From an uncultured bacterium (GTDB lineage: Bacteria; Bacillota_I; Bacilli_A; RFN20; CAG-826), in assembly GCA_949283025.1 (NCBI GenBank), contig CASDRB010000010.1, positions 226 to 64,225 of the forward strand: 64,000 bases of DNA, given 5' to 3'. This document shows positions 21,097 through 29,883 of this stretch, in pieces (the stretch's first letter is position 1; each line of letters starts with the position of its first letter). Position numbers and translations under genes: made by a program. A model generated the notes under the pieces. It was not told the origin of the DNA. It ran no database searches and saw only the letters and a list, made by a program, of their open reading frames with translations.

Positions 21097-21471
21097 GGGG
21101 TAGTCTTGGTTTCGACAGAGATATTGGCTGACATAGAATGCAGTCGAGCAGTGACGTTATCACTAAAAAAATAATAACTGGCAATCAAAGAGTCAGTTAT
21201 GCTCTCGCCTAATTTAACCAATAGATCGCGTTAATAGGCTCGAATAGGAGCATCGTCCTTGAAGGTTTTCTCTTCTCACGCTTCAAGAAGACGTCATACC
21301 AAGAAGATAAGCTTTGTTAAGGCTAGATAGCAAAGACGAAAACTTTATAGCCTCGCATTTGATGTTAGATGATATTGTAATTCAAGTGCTAAATTCTCAA
21401 ATTCATCTAAACTGTAGAAGTCTTTGAGGGTCTATCTCTGGACGCGGATTCGATTTCCGCCTACTCCACCA
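21097..21471 (+). ncRNA. ssrA: tmRNA; tag reading frame 21180-21212 encodes (A)GNQRVSYALA
   Basis: 5' GGGGTAG..GGTTTCGAC; 3' T-arm GCGGATTCGATTTCCGC and CTACTCCACCA; G3:U acceptor pair; resume context ATAACT|GGC. Confidence 0.95.
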
Positions 21472-21483
21472 AATCAAATAAAT

Positions 21484-21512
21484 AATGTTTAGCATGCGCC
21501 TAAACATTTTTT
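21484..21512 (+). terminator. Terminator after ssrA
   Basis: AATGTTTAG...CTAAACATT plus T-tract. Confidence 0.65.
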
Positions 21513-21662
21513 GTTAAATTAAAATAAAAAAGCAGCAAATTTCCAATATTTTTAAATAACTCTTGAAAGTAGAGTTGCTTTTTTTGTTTATCTACTAACA
21601 GTATAGTGCATTTTATTTTATATGAATGTTAAATATTATTATCAAACACAAGGAGAATAAAA

Positions 21663-22517
21663 ATGAAAATTGCTGTCAGTGCTGAATCCACTATTGATTT
21701 AAGTAAGGAACAACTTAATGAGTTTAATATCCACACCATTCCATTTTTGGTAACATTAGGCGATAGATGTGCCGCTGATGGGGATATTACACCCCAAGAA
21801 ATTTTTGATTACGTTGATAAAACTAATCAGTTGCCAAGAACAAGTGCAATTAATCAATATCAATATACCGAATATTTTAAAAAATTATTAAGTAGCGGAT
21901 ATGATGCAATCATTCATATTTGTCTATCATCAAAAATTTCCAGTACATATCAAAACGCTTTTTTAGCTTCGCAAGATTTTGACAATGTCAGAGTTATTGA
22001 TTCTAGAAGTTTATCTAGTGGCATTGCATTATTGGCTATTTATGCTCGCCAATTAGTGGATGCCAATCAATTAAATTTAGATGAGATTGTCCGAAAAGTT
22101 GAACGCCGTGTTCCACATGTTCAAGCTAGTTTTGTTTTAGCAAAACTTGATTATTTATATAAAGGTGGACGTTGTTCGGCTTTGGCTCATATTGGCGCTA
22201 AAATTTTAGGAATTAGGCCCCAAATTTTAGTTGTTGATGGCGGAATGATTCCGGGCAGAAAATATCGAGGCAAAGACAATATTGTCGTAAAGAAATATTG
22301 TGAAGACACACTTGAATTGTTCAACAATATGGACAAATCAATATGCTTTGTTACCGCTACAAATTATGATAAAGAAATTTATGATTTAGCCGAAGAAATG
22401 TGCCGTAAAGCCGGATTTAAAAAGATAATAAGATGCACAGCTGGAGCGACAATTACTTCTCATTGTGGTGACCGAACGATAGGCATTTTATATTTTAATG
22501 ATGGCGGACAAGAATAA
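21663..22517 (+). CDS. DegV/FakB family fatty-acid-binding protein
   Basis: ST.DL, P.TS, LSSKISSTY, VIDSRSLS, LDYL.KGGR, SH.G. Confidence 0.92.
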   Translation: MKIAVSAESTIDLSKEQLNEFNIHTIPFLVTLGDRCAADGDITPQEIFDYVDKTNQLPRTSAINQYQYTEYFKKLLSSGYDAIIHICLSSKISSTYQNAFLASQDFDNVRVIDSRSLSSGIALLAIYARQLVDANQLNLDEIVRKVERRVPHVQASFVLAKLDYLYKGGRCSALAHIGAKILGIRPQILVVDGGMIPGRKYRGKDNIVVKKYCEDTLELFNNMDKSICFVTATNYDKEIYDLAEEMCRKAGFKKIIRCTAGATITSHCGDRTIGILYFNDGGQE

Positions 22518-22534
22518 ATAATGCAAAATTAATT

Positions 22535-22561
22535 AAAAGATGCACATCGTGCATCTTTTTT
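22535..22561. terminator. Bidirectional terminator between degV and the XRE gene
   Basis: AAAA-GATGCAC-atc-GTGCATC-TTTTTT. Confidence 0.8.
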
Positions 22562-23207
22562 AATGTTCATCGTTATTTTTATTTTTTTTAAAAAACTTAA
22601 ATTGACTCTTTAATAAAAACCATAATATGGTCATTAGTTGCAATGGAACAGGAATTATCCACAACAATCCTAAATTTGGGAAAGGTGTCATTAATTCAAT
22701 AGGCAGATAAACAGCTAATGTCGCGCTCCAAACTAAACATGAAATAGCGATTGCCGTCAGTAATTTGTTTCCCCATAATGATGAAAAAACGATGCAAACA
22801 ATAAGGCTGGCTGGAATAGCGACAATATAAGCTAACCAGGTATATTTAGGATCGATTGAAGTAGCTGTAAAAATGAAGGTAAATAAAACATAAAACACGG
22901 TTGCTACTAAAAAAACTAATGTGGCAGATAATGCGGTGATGATTATATGTTTTAAATTTTTATTAGGCAATTTATTTGCTTTTGGTTTATCTTTAAAAAA
23001 ATCAGTTAAACTGACTCCATAAAAATCAGCAAGAGCTTTTAAAACAAAAATATCAGGGGCGCATTCTCCTCGCTCCCACTTTGATATAGCTTTGTCAGAA
23101 TAATTGAATTTTTCAGCAATATCTAATTGTGTTAATTTAGCGTTTTTTCTAAAAAATACTAGGTTTGACGCTAATATTTCTTTAAGGTTTTTTTCTTGTT
23201 TAGCCAT
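22560..23207 (-). CDS. XRE-family HTH regulator with four C-terminal TM helices
   Basis: NL...RK...LTQ..IAE...YS.KAISKWERG...PD...L..LA..YGVS, then 4 hydrophobic segments. Confidence 0.9.
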   Translation of the reverse strand: MAKQEKNLKEILASNLVFFRKNAKLTQLDIAEKFNYSDKAISKWERGECAPDIFVLKALADFYGVSLTDFFKDKPKANKLPNKNLKHIIITALSATLVFLVATVFYVLFTFIFTATSIDPKYTWLAYIVAIPASLIVCIVFSSLWGNKLLTAIAISCLVWSATLAVYLPIELMTPFPNLGLLWIIPVPLQLMTILWFLLKSQFKFFKKNKNNDEH

Positions 23208-23327
23208 AAAAATATATTAATTGATTTTTTCATAATTTTAAAGATACAAAGTTTTGTTGTGCGCTCATGCTTATTTTTTTTATAAATATATGACACTGTT
23301 TAAATAATGATGTTTTTTTATTAATAA

Positions 23328-23356
23328 TAAACATAACTTATGATAAATTATGTTTA
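23328..23356. promoter_or_regulatory. 29-bp quasi-palindrome, candidate operator
   Basis: TAAACATAA-c-TTAT-g-ATAA-a-TTATGTTTA between the XRE gene and the divergent small ORF. Confidence 0.45.
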
Positions 23357-23416
23357 ATGAAATTTAACCGAATAATACGGTATGTAAATTTTATTTTTTA
23401 GCGAGGCGGTGTTTTT

Positions 23417-23536
23417 ATGAATCCAAACGATATCATTATTGATGAAGAAGAACAAATTCAAATTTTAGATGCCTTGTTAGATGATCAAGACGAAGATATT
23501 GATGAAAACAATCAAATTTTAGAAATCACTTTATAA
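23417..23536 (+). CDS. Unannotated 39-aa highly acidic peptide (MNPNDIIIDEEEQIQILDALLDDQDEDIDENNQILEITL)
   Basis: SD-like GAGGCGGTG just upstream of ATG; open frame to TAA; 14 D/E and no K/R/H. Confidence 0.55.
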   Translation: MNPNDIIIDEEEQIQILDALLDDQDEDIDENNQILEITL

Positions 23537-23654
23537 ATTTCAAAGATATTATTAATAATTATAGTTTTGCTATATTTTTTTTGTGCTTTTAAAAATTGCT
23601 TCATTTAATTAATATAATTATAGTATTTATACTTTTTTATAGGAGTTTAAATAT

Positions 23655-25049
23655 ATGTTTCAGAAATTAAAAGATTATAGTGAGATATTATCGTTTTTTA
23701 TACTTGAAGTCTTGGCTTTTGTTTCTTTTACTTTAGGAAATTCTTTGCTCATTTATTTCTTGTTTGGTATTTTGGCGTTTTTATTTGTTTTAATTTTAAA
23801 TTTTTCAAAGATTAAAGAATTAGATTGGATGCGCTATTTATTGTTTTTGATTCCCTTTATCATTTTTGCTATTTTGAGTGGATTTTCTCGCTTCAATCTT
23901 ATAAATAATTCACTATTAACTAATTTTTTAGTTTGTTTTTCTTTATTATTATTTTTAACCCTTGGTTTTTTGAGCCAAACAATTGAAGGATTTAAATTAT
24001 CGGCTGCCATGTTGGTTATTTATGGTGGCATTGCTATTTTAGTTTCAATCTCTTTAATTTATACAATGATTCGATATGTTCCGTTTTATCCATTAATTTA
24101 TGCAGGCAAATATTATTATTACGAAGGGGAAAGAGTGCTAATCGGTGAAAGTGTTAAAATGCTAGTTGGATTTAGCTTTGCCGATATTAAAATCGAATAT
24201 TTTCAATTATTTGCCAATTTATTGTTTACCTCTATTGTTGGTTTAAAATTTATTTCATATAAAAAAGAAACAAAAAAATTTATCATTTATTGCCTATATG
24301 CCTTAATAGGTTTTTTAAGCATGATTTTCACGATGAATAAATTGACGATTCTATTAGATATTTTAGTAATATTGTCGCTATTATTTATCTTGTTTATTCC
24401 TAAGAAAAGAAAAATATTAATGCCTATTTTTTATTGTGTGGTTAGCGTTATTGGGGTTGGTTTTATCATCTTCTTTTTAAATGCCCAAAGTTCTTGGGAG
24501 GCAACGCAAGGATTGAGAAATTTAATTTCTTCTAATGCTATTTTAAATAAATTATTTAATGCCAATCGAATATCTGCACCAATAATTCAAACTTTAAATG
24601 GCTGTTTAAATGGTTTAAATTTATTTGGCTTTAATTATGCGATTAGTCAAATTGGTGTCAGCAACAATCCTTTAACAAGTAGTTTGCCAGCAAATAGTTG
24701 GCTTTTTGATACTATTTTATATAATGGATTTTTTGCAGCTGTATGCTTAATTGTTTTTGTTGTTTTTGTTTTTAAACAAGCGATTAAGTATTTTAATTCG
24801 GAACACGATGATATTTTAACAAGACATTGCGTTGTAAGTTTTGTTTTGATATTTTTCGTTTTCGGTTTGTTTGGATTATCAACTCAACCTTATCAACATT
24901 TTTCTAATTTAATTCCGCTTCAACAAAACGCCATGTTTTTAATTGTCTTGTTTTTGGTTGGGAGAATTTGTTTTGTTAATTTCAAATCAGTACAAAACGA
25001 TATTAGTGATAAACAAAATGAAATAGTGGAGGAAAATGTTAATGGTTAG
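23655..25049 (+). CDS. Polytopic membrane protein, Wzy/O-antigen-ligase-like
   Basis: ~12 TMs with a large late loop (NR...LFGF...ANSWLFDTILYNGFFA) spaced like the Wzy_C R...G.G...HN..L..L.E.G motif; SD AGGAG. Confidence 0.5.
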   Translation: MFQKLKDYSEILSFFILEVLAFVSFTLGNSLLIYFLFGILAFLFVLILNFSKIKELDWMRYLLFLIPFIIFAILSGFSRFNLINNSLLTNFLVCFSLLLFLTLGFLSQTIEGFKLSAAMLVIYGGIAILVSISLIYTMIRYVPFYPLIYAGKYYYYEGERVLIGESVKMLVGFSFADIKIEYFQLFANLLFTSIVGLKFISYKKETKKFIIYCLYALIGFLSMIFTMNKLTILLDILVILSLLFILFIPKKRKILMPIFYCVVSVIGVGFIIFFLNAQSSWEATQGLRNLISSNAILNKLFNANRISAPIIQTLNGCLNGLNLFGFNYAISQIGVSNNPLTSSLPANSWLFDTILYNGFFAAVCLIVFVVFVFKQAIKYFNSEHDDILTRHCVVSFVLIFFVFGLFGLSTQPYQHFSNLIPLQQNAMFLIVLFLVGRICFVNFKSVQNDISDKQNEIVEENVNG

Positions 25050-25920
25050 GACAAATATTTTTAAAAGCCTAGCTATTTTAGCTGTGCTAACTAGCGTTTC
25101 ATCTTGCGGTTTAGATTTAAAAGAATTATACGAAGCAGACGGATATAACAGTCCAGTATTTAATGAAAATTATTATCGTATTTATCCTGATTCGATTAAT
25201 CCGGACAACGCTAATAACTCTATTCAAAGCGAAAAAACGGTTTTGTTAGATGAAAATCAAATTGCTACTACATATCAAGAAGCAACAAATAAAATGTTTG
25301 ATTTAGATATGCTTAATTTGGACTATAGTACCGATAGCAAGGACGAAAAATATATTGGTGTTGGGTATGGTCCAACAAAAAAGATGAATTCCATTGATGA
25401 CATTTTCAAATATGGATATATTTCTAAATTATTTGATGGTCAAATGTTTTGCAATGCAAAATATGAACTTGTTAGGGTTCAATTAGATGAGCGAGGATTC
25501 GGGGTCATGTTTGATAAAGAAATTGTGACATATGATTACTTTGCCATCAATTTTAAAGTGGTGGTCAACGATCCCAATGATCAAATTCCTTTGCATACGC
25601 CACATCTTTCCTCAATTAAATTAAATGTTCATTTTTATGTAAAAGATAATGGAAAATATAATAAAATCTCTACATCACACGTGATTGAAAATATGTTGAC
25701 AAATGGCATTGAAATGAATAGCAATATGCCTAGCGGGCCATATGTTTTTTATGCATTAAATTTAAAAATGATGCCAGAATTAGATTTAACAAGATGCTGC
25801 GGATTTTCAGTTGATTATGAACTTATTAATGATGAGATATTCAATCAATACCCACAGCAAGATTTAAGTTATGCTGTTTTGCTTTATGAAGTTTTGTTCC
25901 CAAATTCTACTTGGCGTTAA
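25042..25920 (+). CDS. Lipoprotein, possible CBM11/CIA30-like C-terminal domain
   Basis: Lipobox VSS-C; overlaps the upstream gene; C-terminal YDYFAINFK...LDLTRCCGFSVDY pattern. Confidence 0.6.
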   Translation: MVRTNIFKSLAILAVLTSVSSCGLDLKELYEADGYNSPVFNENYYRIYPDSINPDNANNSIQSEKTVLLDENQIATTYQEATNKMFDLDMLNLDYSTDSKDEKYIGVGYGPTKKMNSIDDIFKYGYISKLFDGQMFCNAKYELVRVQLDERGFGVMFDKEIVTYDYFAINFKVVVNDPNDQIPLHTPHLSSIKLNVHFYVKDNGKYNKISTSHVIENMLTNGIEMNSNMPSGPYVFYALNLKMMPELDLTRCCGFSVDYELINDEIFNQYPQQDLSYAVLLYEVLFPNSTWR

Positions 25921-26812
25921 TATAATCGTTTATATCTAGCCATTTGCCTATTTCAAAATCAGCTTGATCATCGTCAAAAATCAATGTACCCTTTGCAGGT
26001 GTAAAAGTCATTTCTGAAAAATAAATTTTTCCATCGATAGAATATAAATCAATCCTTACAAAAGGAAAAGGTTTTGCTAAACGTTGAGCAATATCAATTT
26101 GTTGGTTCCAATTTGAAGGAGGAATCAATTCTTTTTCCGTTTTTGTCCAGCCATTAAATTGAGCGCCATCAAACGGAGTCCAATCTATGTAATAATTGTT
26201 GTACCTAATGTCGCTTCCTCGACCAGTGACAACATACATATATTTTGCTTTACCGTTAAATACATGAATTTTATATTCAGTTGGGAACTTGCCTAGATAT
26301 TTTTCAATTATTATCTGCGGTTTTATTTTACTATAATGCAATTCGACAGTTTTTTTGCCATAATTTGTTTTTAACCAACGATTAAATTTCTTTTTTAATT
26401 GTTTATAATCTATTGATTTTTTATCTAAACAAATATAATTAAAGGCACAAGCATGAGAACATTTCATCACGAATTGATTTGGAAGTTTTTCAAAGTCAAT
26501 TTCTTCAAATGTATCATAGATACCATAAATAGGAATCAATATGTTTTCCAGCCTTAAATCTTTGACATATTGCCTTACTCCGACCCGGCCAGCACAAGTA
26601 CTGACTAATGGGATGAAAGGATATACTTTCAATCTTAAATATTGAAGTTTTTCAGTGTATCTTATCGGTTGTTTTAAATTCAAATGATGATGGGTAATAT
26701 AATAATATTGGTATTTTACATAAGCAGTTTTTGATATAAATTTTACGACATTGCGAAAAGGATTAACTAACATCCTTTTTAATTTGTTTTCATGCAAATT
26801 TTTTGAAAGCAT
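25907..26812 (-). CDS. TupA-like ATP-grasp protein (surface-polysaccharide modification)
   Basis: NL..P..YTEKLQ.L, LPNQFVMKC.H, IKPQIIIEKYL, EYK..VFNG, FPFVRIDLY..DGKIYF.E.TFTP; start taken at ATG 26812. Confidence 0.88.
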   Translation of the reverse strand: MLSKNLHENKLKRMLVNPFRNVVKFISKTAYVKYQYYYITHHHLNLKQPIRYTEKLQYLRLKVYPFIPLVSTCAGRVGVRQYVKDLRLENILIPIYGIYDTFEEIDFEKLPNQFVMKCSHACAFNYICLDKKSIDYKQLKKKFNRWLKTNYGKKTVELHYSKIKPQIIIEKYLGKFPTEYKIHVFNGKAKYMYVVTGRGSDIRYNNYYIDWTPFDGAQFNGWTKTEKELIPPSNWNQQIDIAQRLAKPFPFVRIDLYSIDGKIYFSEMTFTPAKGTLIFDDDQADFEIGKWLDINDYINAK

Positions 26813-26863
26813 ACAAATAGTATACAACAAATTAATTTATTTTGTGTTAAACTATTGATGTTT

Positions 26864-27238
26864 ATGAAGCAAGCATTAAAATCTAAAAAAGTTTATATAA
26901 TTAGTGGGGTATTGTTATTTTTAGGTTTGTTGCCTTTTATTATCGCAATAATTATTTATTATGCTAGTTCCCCACAAGCATGTTTTGAAGGTTATCCATG
27001 GGTTATTTGGGGATTATTGTCATTTTATTTTTTAATCGGATTTATATGGGGCGATCTACATGTTGCTACATATCGCAAAAAACAAAAAAACTACGATGGA
27101 GCACTTCCAGATGAAATTAAATCAAGTGCCTGGAAAAGACGTTTGCCATTTTGGTTTGCTTCCGGTGGTTTATTAATTTTAGCTATCATTTTAGAAATTT
27201 ATTGTGCAATAATGGCCACCTATCCATTCATTATTTAA
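26864..27238 (+). CDS. Small three-TM hypothetical membrane protein
   Basis: Three hydrophobic segments; start uncertain (26855/26858/26864). Confidence 0.7.
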   Translation: MKQALKSKKVYIISGVLLFLGLLPFIIAIIIYYASSPQACFEGYPWVIWGLLSFYFLIGFIWGDLHVATYRKKQKNYDGALPDEIKSSAWKRRLPFWFASGGLLILAIILEIYCAIMATYPFII

Positions 27239-27248
27239 TTGCGTACTA

Positions 27249-27287
27249 GTGCGCGAAAGCGCCTATCGTATGCGTTCATTCGCGCAC
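27249..27287. other. GC-rich stem-loop without a U-tract
   Basis: GTGCGCGAA...TTCGCGCAC perfect 9-bp arms with inner AGCGC/GCGTT pairing. Confidence 0.5.
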
Positions 27288-27381
27288 AAATATAAACGTC
27301 CAAAAATTAAAAAAGTTGTTTTTTATTTTTTCTTGGTGTATCTTAATACCATTCATTCATAAATGAAAGGAGGACACGAGA

Positions 27382-29796
27382 ATGAAAAAGAAACTACTTC
27401 TAAAAGCTGGTTTACTCTTAAGTGCCGTTGTTCTTGCTGGTTGTAATGGTGGTTCTAAACTAGGAGAAAATGAATTTAGAGTTCCTACTGAAGGACATCC
27501 ATTTTCTGATTATTTCCCAGGTGAAGTAGCCAAAAAGACTTACAATGCTTTTTTAGCTACTGCAATTACTGAACCATTGAATTATTTGACTTCTCAAGCT
27601 GGTAATTTAGCATCTCATTGGGCAAACTTTGTCGATGGCTTATTGCTTCAAAATGAATTTGGCTCTTTGAATAAACAGCTTGCCGTTAGTGCTACTCAAG
27701 AAAACGATTATAAAAACTTCACTTTCGGTGTTAAAACTGGCGTCAAATGGGTTAAATGGGATGGAACCCAATATAACGCAACCATCAATGGACAATCTGT
27801 TCCACAATATGTTAGTGCTACCGACTTTTTAACTAGCGCTAAAACAGTTTTAAGTTATCAAAATCACTCTGAAACTTATTACTTATTAACCAACTTTATT
27901 GAAGGTGCAATGGAGTATTATCAATACACCTATTTAAATTACATGTCAATTACTGGTGGTGCTGAATGGACACAATACAACAATCCTACCAATTTTGCAC
28001 GTAAATTAAATGAATTGATTGAAGATGCAACTGGTGAACCATCTAGTGTCACTGTTTCAGACTTAGACGCTATTGCTAATTTCTCAAGAGTTGGTGTAAA
28101 GGTTGTTGAAGAGCCAACAACTGTCGGTGGTGGAAAAATTCAATATACTTTAAAAAATTCTGCCTTCTATTTCCCAACTTTATTGACCTATTCTTGCTAT
28201 TTACCTGTTAATTCTTATTTCTTAGATGAAATCAGAGCTTCCAATTTGGGTAATGGTAAAGAAAATTTATTGTACTGCGGTCCATTTACTTTAGCCGCTA
28301 GCGATACATATAGTGTCGTTTATACTAAAAACCAATCCTATCATGAGGCCGACAATGTTTTTGTTGATCGTATCAACTATACTATTTTAGGCCAAGACGA
28401 AGATATTGATATCGCTCGTACACGTTACGAAGAAGGATATGTCGACGGCTTCTCTTTGAGTGAAAAGGATATTGAAGGTTGGAAAAAATATGTCACTGGT
28501 CCAGATGGAACTGGTACCATTGAAAATCCATATGATCCATCTGTCAACTCAAGAGATTATGACTACATTGATTATGTTTATGGATTACATTTAAATATTA
28601 ATCGTGTTAGCAATTCCACTAACGGTCGTACCGCTAGCACATCTTATGCTAAATCTAAAGGCGGTTCATTAGACGCCATCAAAAATGCTGAAAAAGCTTT
28701 AAGATTAGATGCGGTTCGTGAATTGTTGATTCAAGCATTTGACCTATATACTTATTCTGAAGTTTATAGTGCGACAGAAGAATTGCGTGGTCAATACACG
28801 ATGAATACATATGTTCCAAGAGGATTTGTTTCCGACCAATTTGGTAAAGATTACACTACTACTCACTATTATGAAGTGTATGCTGAACATAAAGGCATTA
28901 CAGTAGAAGAAGCTGCTACTATTTTGGAACAAGGACAATTTGAAAATATCATGTTGCCTGATGAAGATCCAGAATTGACAACTTTACGTAACAACGCTTT
29001 AAAAGCAATTGAAGTTTTCAACACTACTGTTGCTGCTGACGATAGTGAAAAAATTACCTTGCCAATTCAATTTGAATATTATTCAATTTGGCAAGATGAA
29101 ACAACAAGAATGTATGATACTAATACCATTAACAAATACAATCAAAGATTAAATGGTATGTATGATACAGTCGACTTCACAACTTCTACTCCTGGTGTAA
29201 GTTTTGTTGTTATTCCAACCGCTGATGTTACTTCTTCAAGTTATGAACAAGTCAGCAATGGTGGTAACTTCGATATTTCATCCACTTGGGGTTGGGGTCC
29301 AGACTACGGCGATCCAATGTCATATATGAACACATTTAAAAAACATGGTGACTGGTCAAGCATCTTTGGTTATGTCAATGAAGACGTCGGTACAAATGGT
29401 GATGACAATGTTTCATATAAATTAAATGGCAACTCATTAAGTTCATATGACTTGTTGGATGAATATACCGCTTTAGTCAATACAGCAAATAGCGAATACG
29501 AAAATATTTCTGAACGTTATAACTTATTTGCTGAAGCTGAATACATGTTATTAAACGAATTGCATATTTTCAGACCATTAACTATGACAGGTCAAGGTCG
29601 TGGATTATCTATTTCTAGAGCTGCTGGTTATCTTAGCCCATCGGGTTCTTATGGTTTAGCAAAAGACCGTCTTGATGGATTACTAGTATTAAAAGAAACT
29701 ATTTCTGGCGATACTCGTAAAAAATGTACAACTACATATGAGGCTAAAAAGGCTGCTTATCTAGATAAATATGGTTCTATGTACATCTATGACTAA
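27382..29796 (+). CDS. oppA: Oligopeptide ABC transporter substrate-binding lipoprotein (AmiA/AliA-like)
   Basis: Lipobox LAG-C; N..DGLL, V.A.DF, LY.GPF, WGWGPDYGDP.SY; heads the opp operon. Confidence 0.9.
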   Translation: MKKKLLLKAGLLLSAVVLAGCNGGSKLGENEFRVPTEGHPFSDYFPGEVAKKTYNAFLATAITEPLNYLTSQAGNLASHWANFVDGLLLQNEFGSLNKQLAVSATQENDYKNFTFGVKTGVKWVKWDGTQYNATINGQSVPQYVSATDFLTSAKTVLSYQNHSETYYLLTNFIEGAMEYYQYTYLNYMSITGGAEWTQYNNPTNFARKLNELIEDATGEPSSVTVSDLDAIANFSRVGVKVVEEPTTVGGGKIQYTLKNSAFYFPTLLTYSCYLPVNSYFLDEIRASNLGNGKENLLYCGPFTLAASDTYSVVYTKNQSYHEADNVFVDRINYTILGQDEDIDIARTRYEEGYVDGFSLSEKDIEGWKKYVTGPDGTGTIENPYDPSVNSRDYDYIDYVYGLHLNINRVSNSTNGRTASTSYAKSKGGSLDAIKNAEKALRLDAVRELLIQAFDLYTYSEVYSATEELRGQYTMNTYVPRGFVSDQFGKDYTTTHYYEVYAEHKGITVEEAATILEQGQFENIMLPDEDPELTTLRNNALKAIEVFNTTVAADDSEKITLPIQFEYYSIWQDETTRMYDTNTINKYNQRLNGMYDTVDFTTSTPGVSFVVIPTADVTSSSYEQVSNGGNFDISSTWGWGPDYGDPMSYMNTFKKHGDWSSIFGYVNEDVGTNGDDNVSYKLNGNSLSSYDLLDEYTALVNTANSEYENISERYNLFAEAEYMLLNELHIFRPLTMTGQGRGLSISRAAGYLSPSGSYGLAKDRLDGLLVLKETISGDTRKKCTTTYEAKKAAYLDKYGSMYIYD

Positions 29797-29820
29797 TTGT
29801 TAAAGTTTAAACTTTAATTT

Positions 29821-29864
29821 TGTAACAAATTAGGGTTGGGGTTATCCCCGCCCTATTTGTTGCA
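29821..29864 (+). promoter_or_regulatory. Intercistronic stem-loop between oppA and oppB
   Basis: TGTAACAAAT-TAGGGT-TGGGG-ttat-CCCCG-CCCTA-TTTGTTGCA; usual position for a differential mRNA-stability element in ABC operons. Confidence 0.6.
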
Positions 29865-29883
29865 TTTAAGGAAAGGAGAAAAT

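Noticed and set aside
20996..21184. 62-aa minus-strand ORF in the track
   Set aside because: Antisense to tmRNA and its promoter; no SD or protein features.
21440..21471. ssrA 3' end as an occupied integration site
   Set aside because: No integrase and no duplicated 3' end seen; the downstream gene (degV) is housekeeping.
23331..23358. Possible dif site (TTATGTTTAAT resembles a XerD arm)
   Set aside because: The arms are 11 nt apart rather than 6 and there is no XerC-like arm at the right spacing; an operator is a simpler reading.
23417..26812. Acidic peptide plus ATP-grasp enzyme as a graspetide (RiPP) cluster
   Set aside because: The ATP-grasp protein has TupA-family motifs, not MvdC/D-type; the peptide has no Lys or Ser, one Thr and no leader motif.
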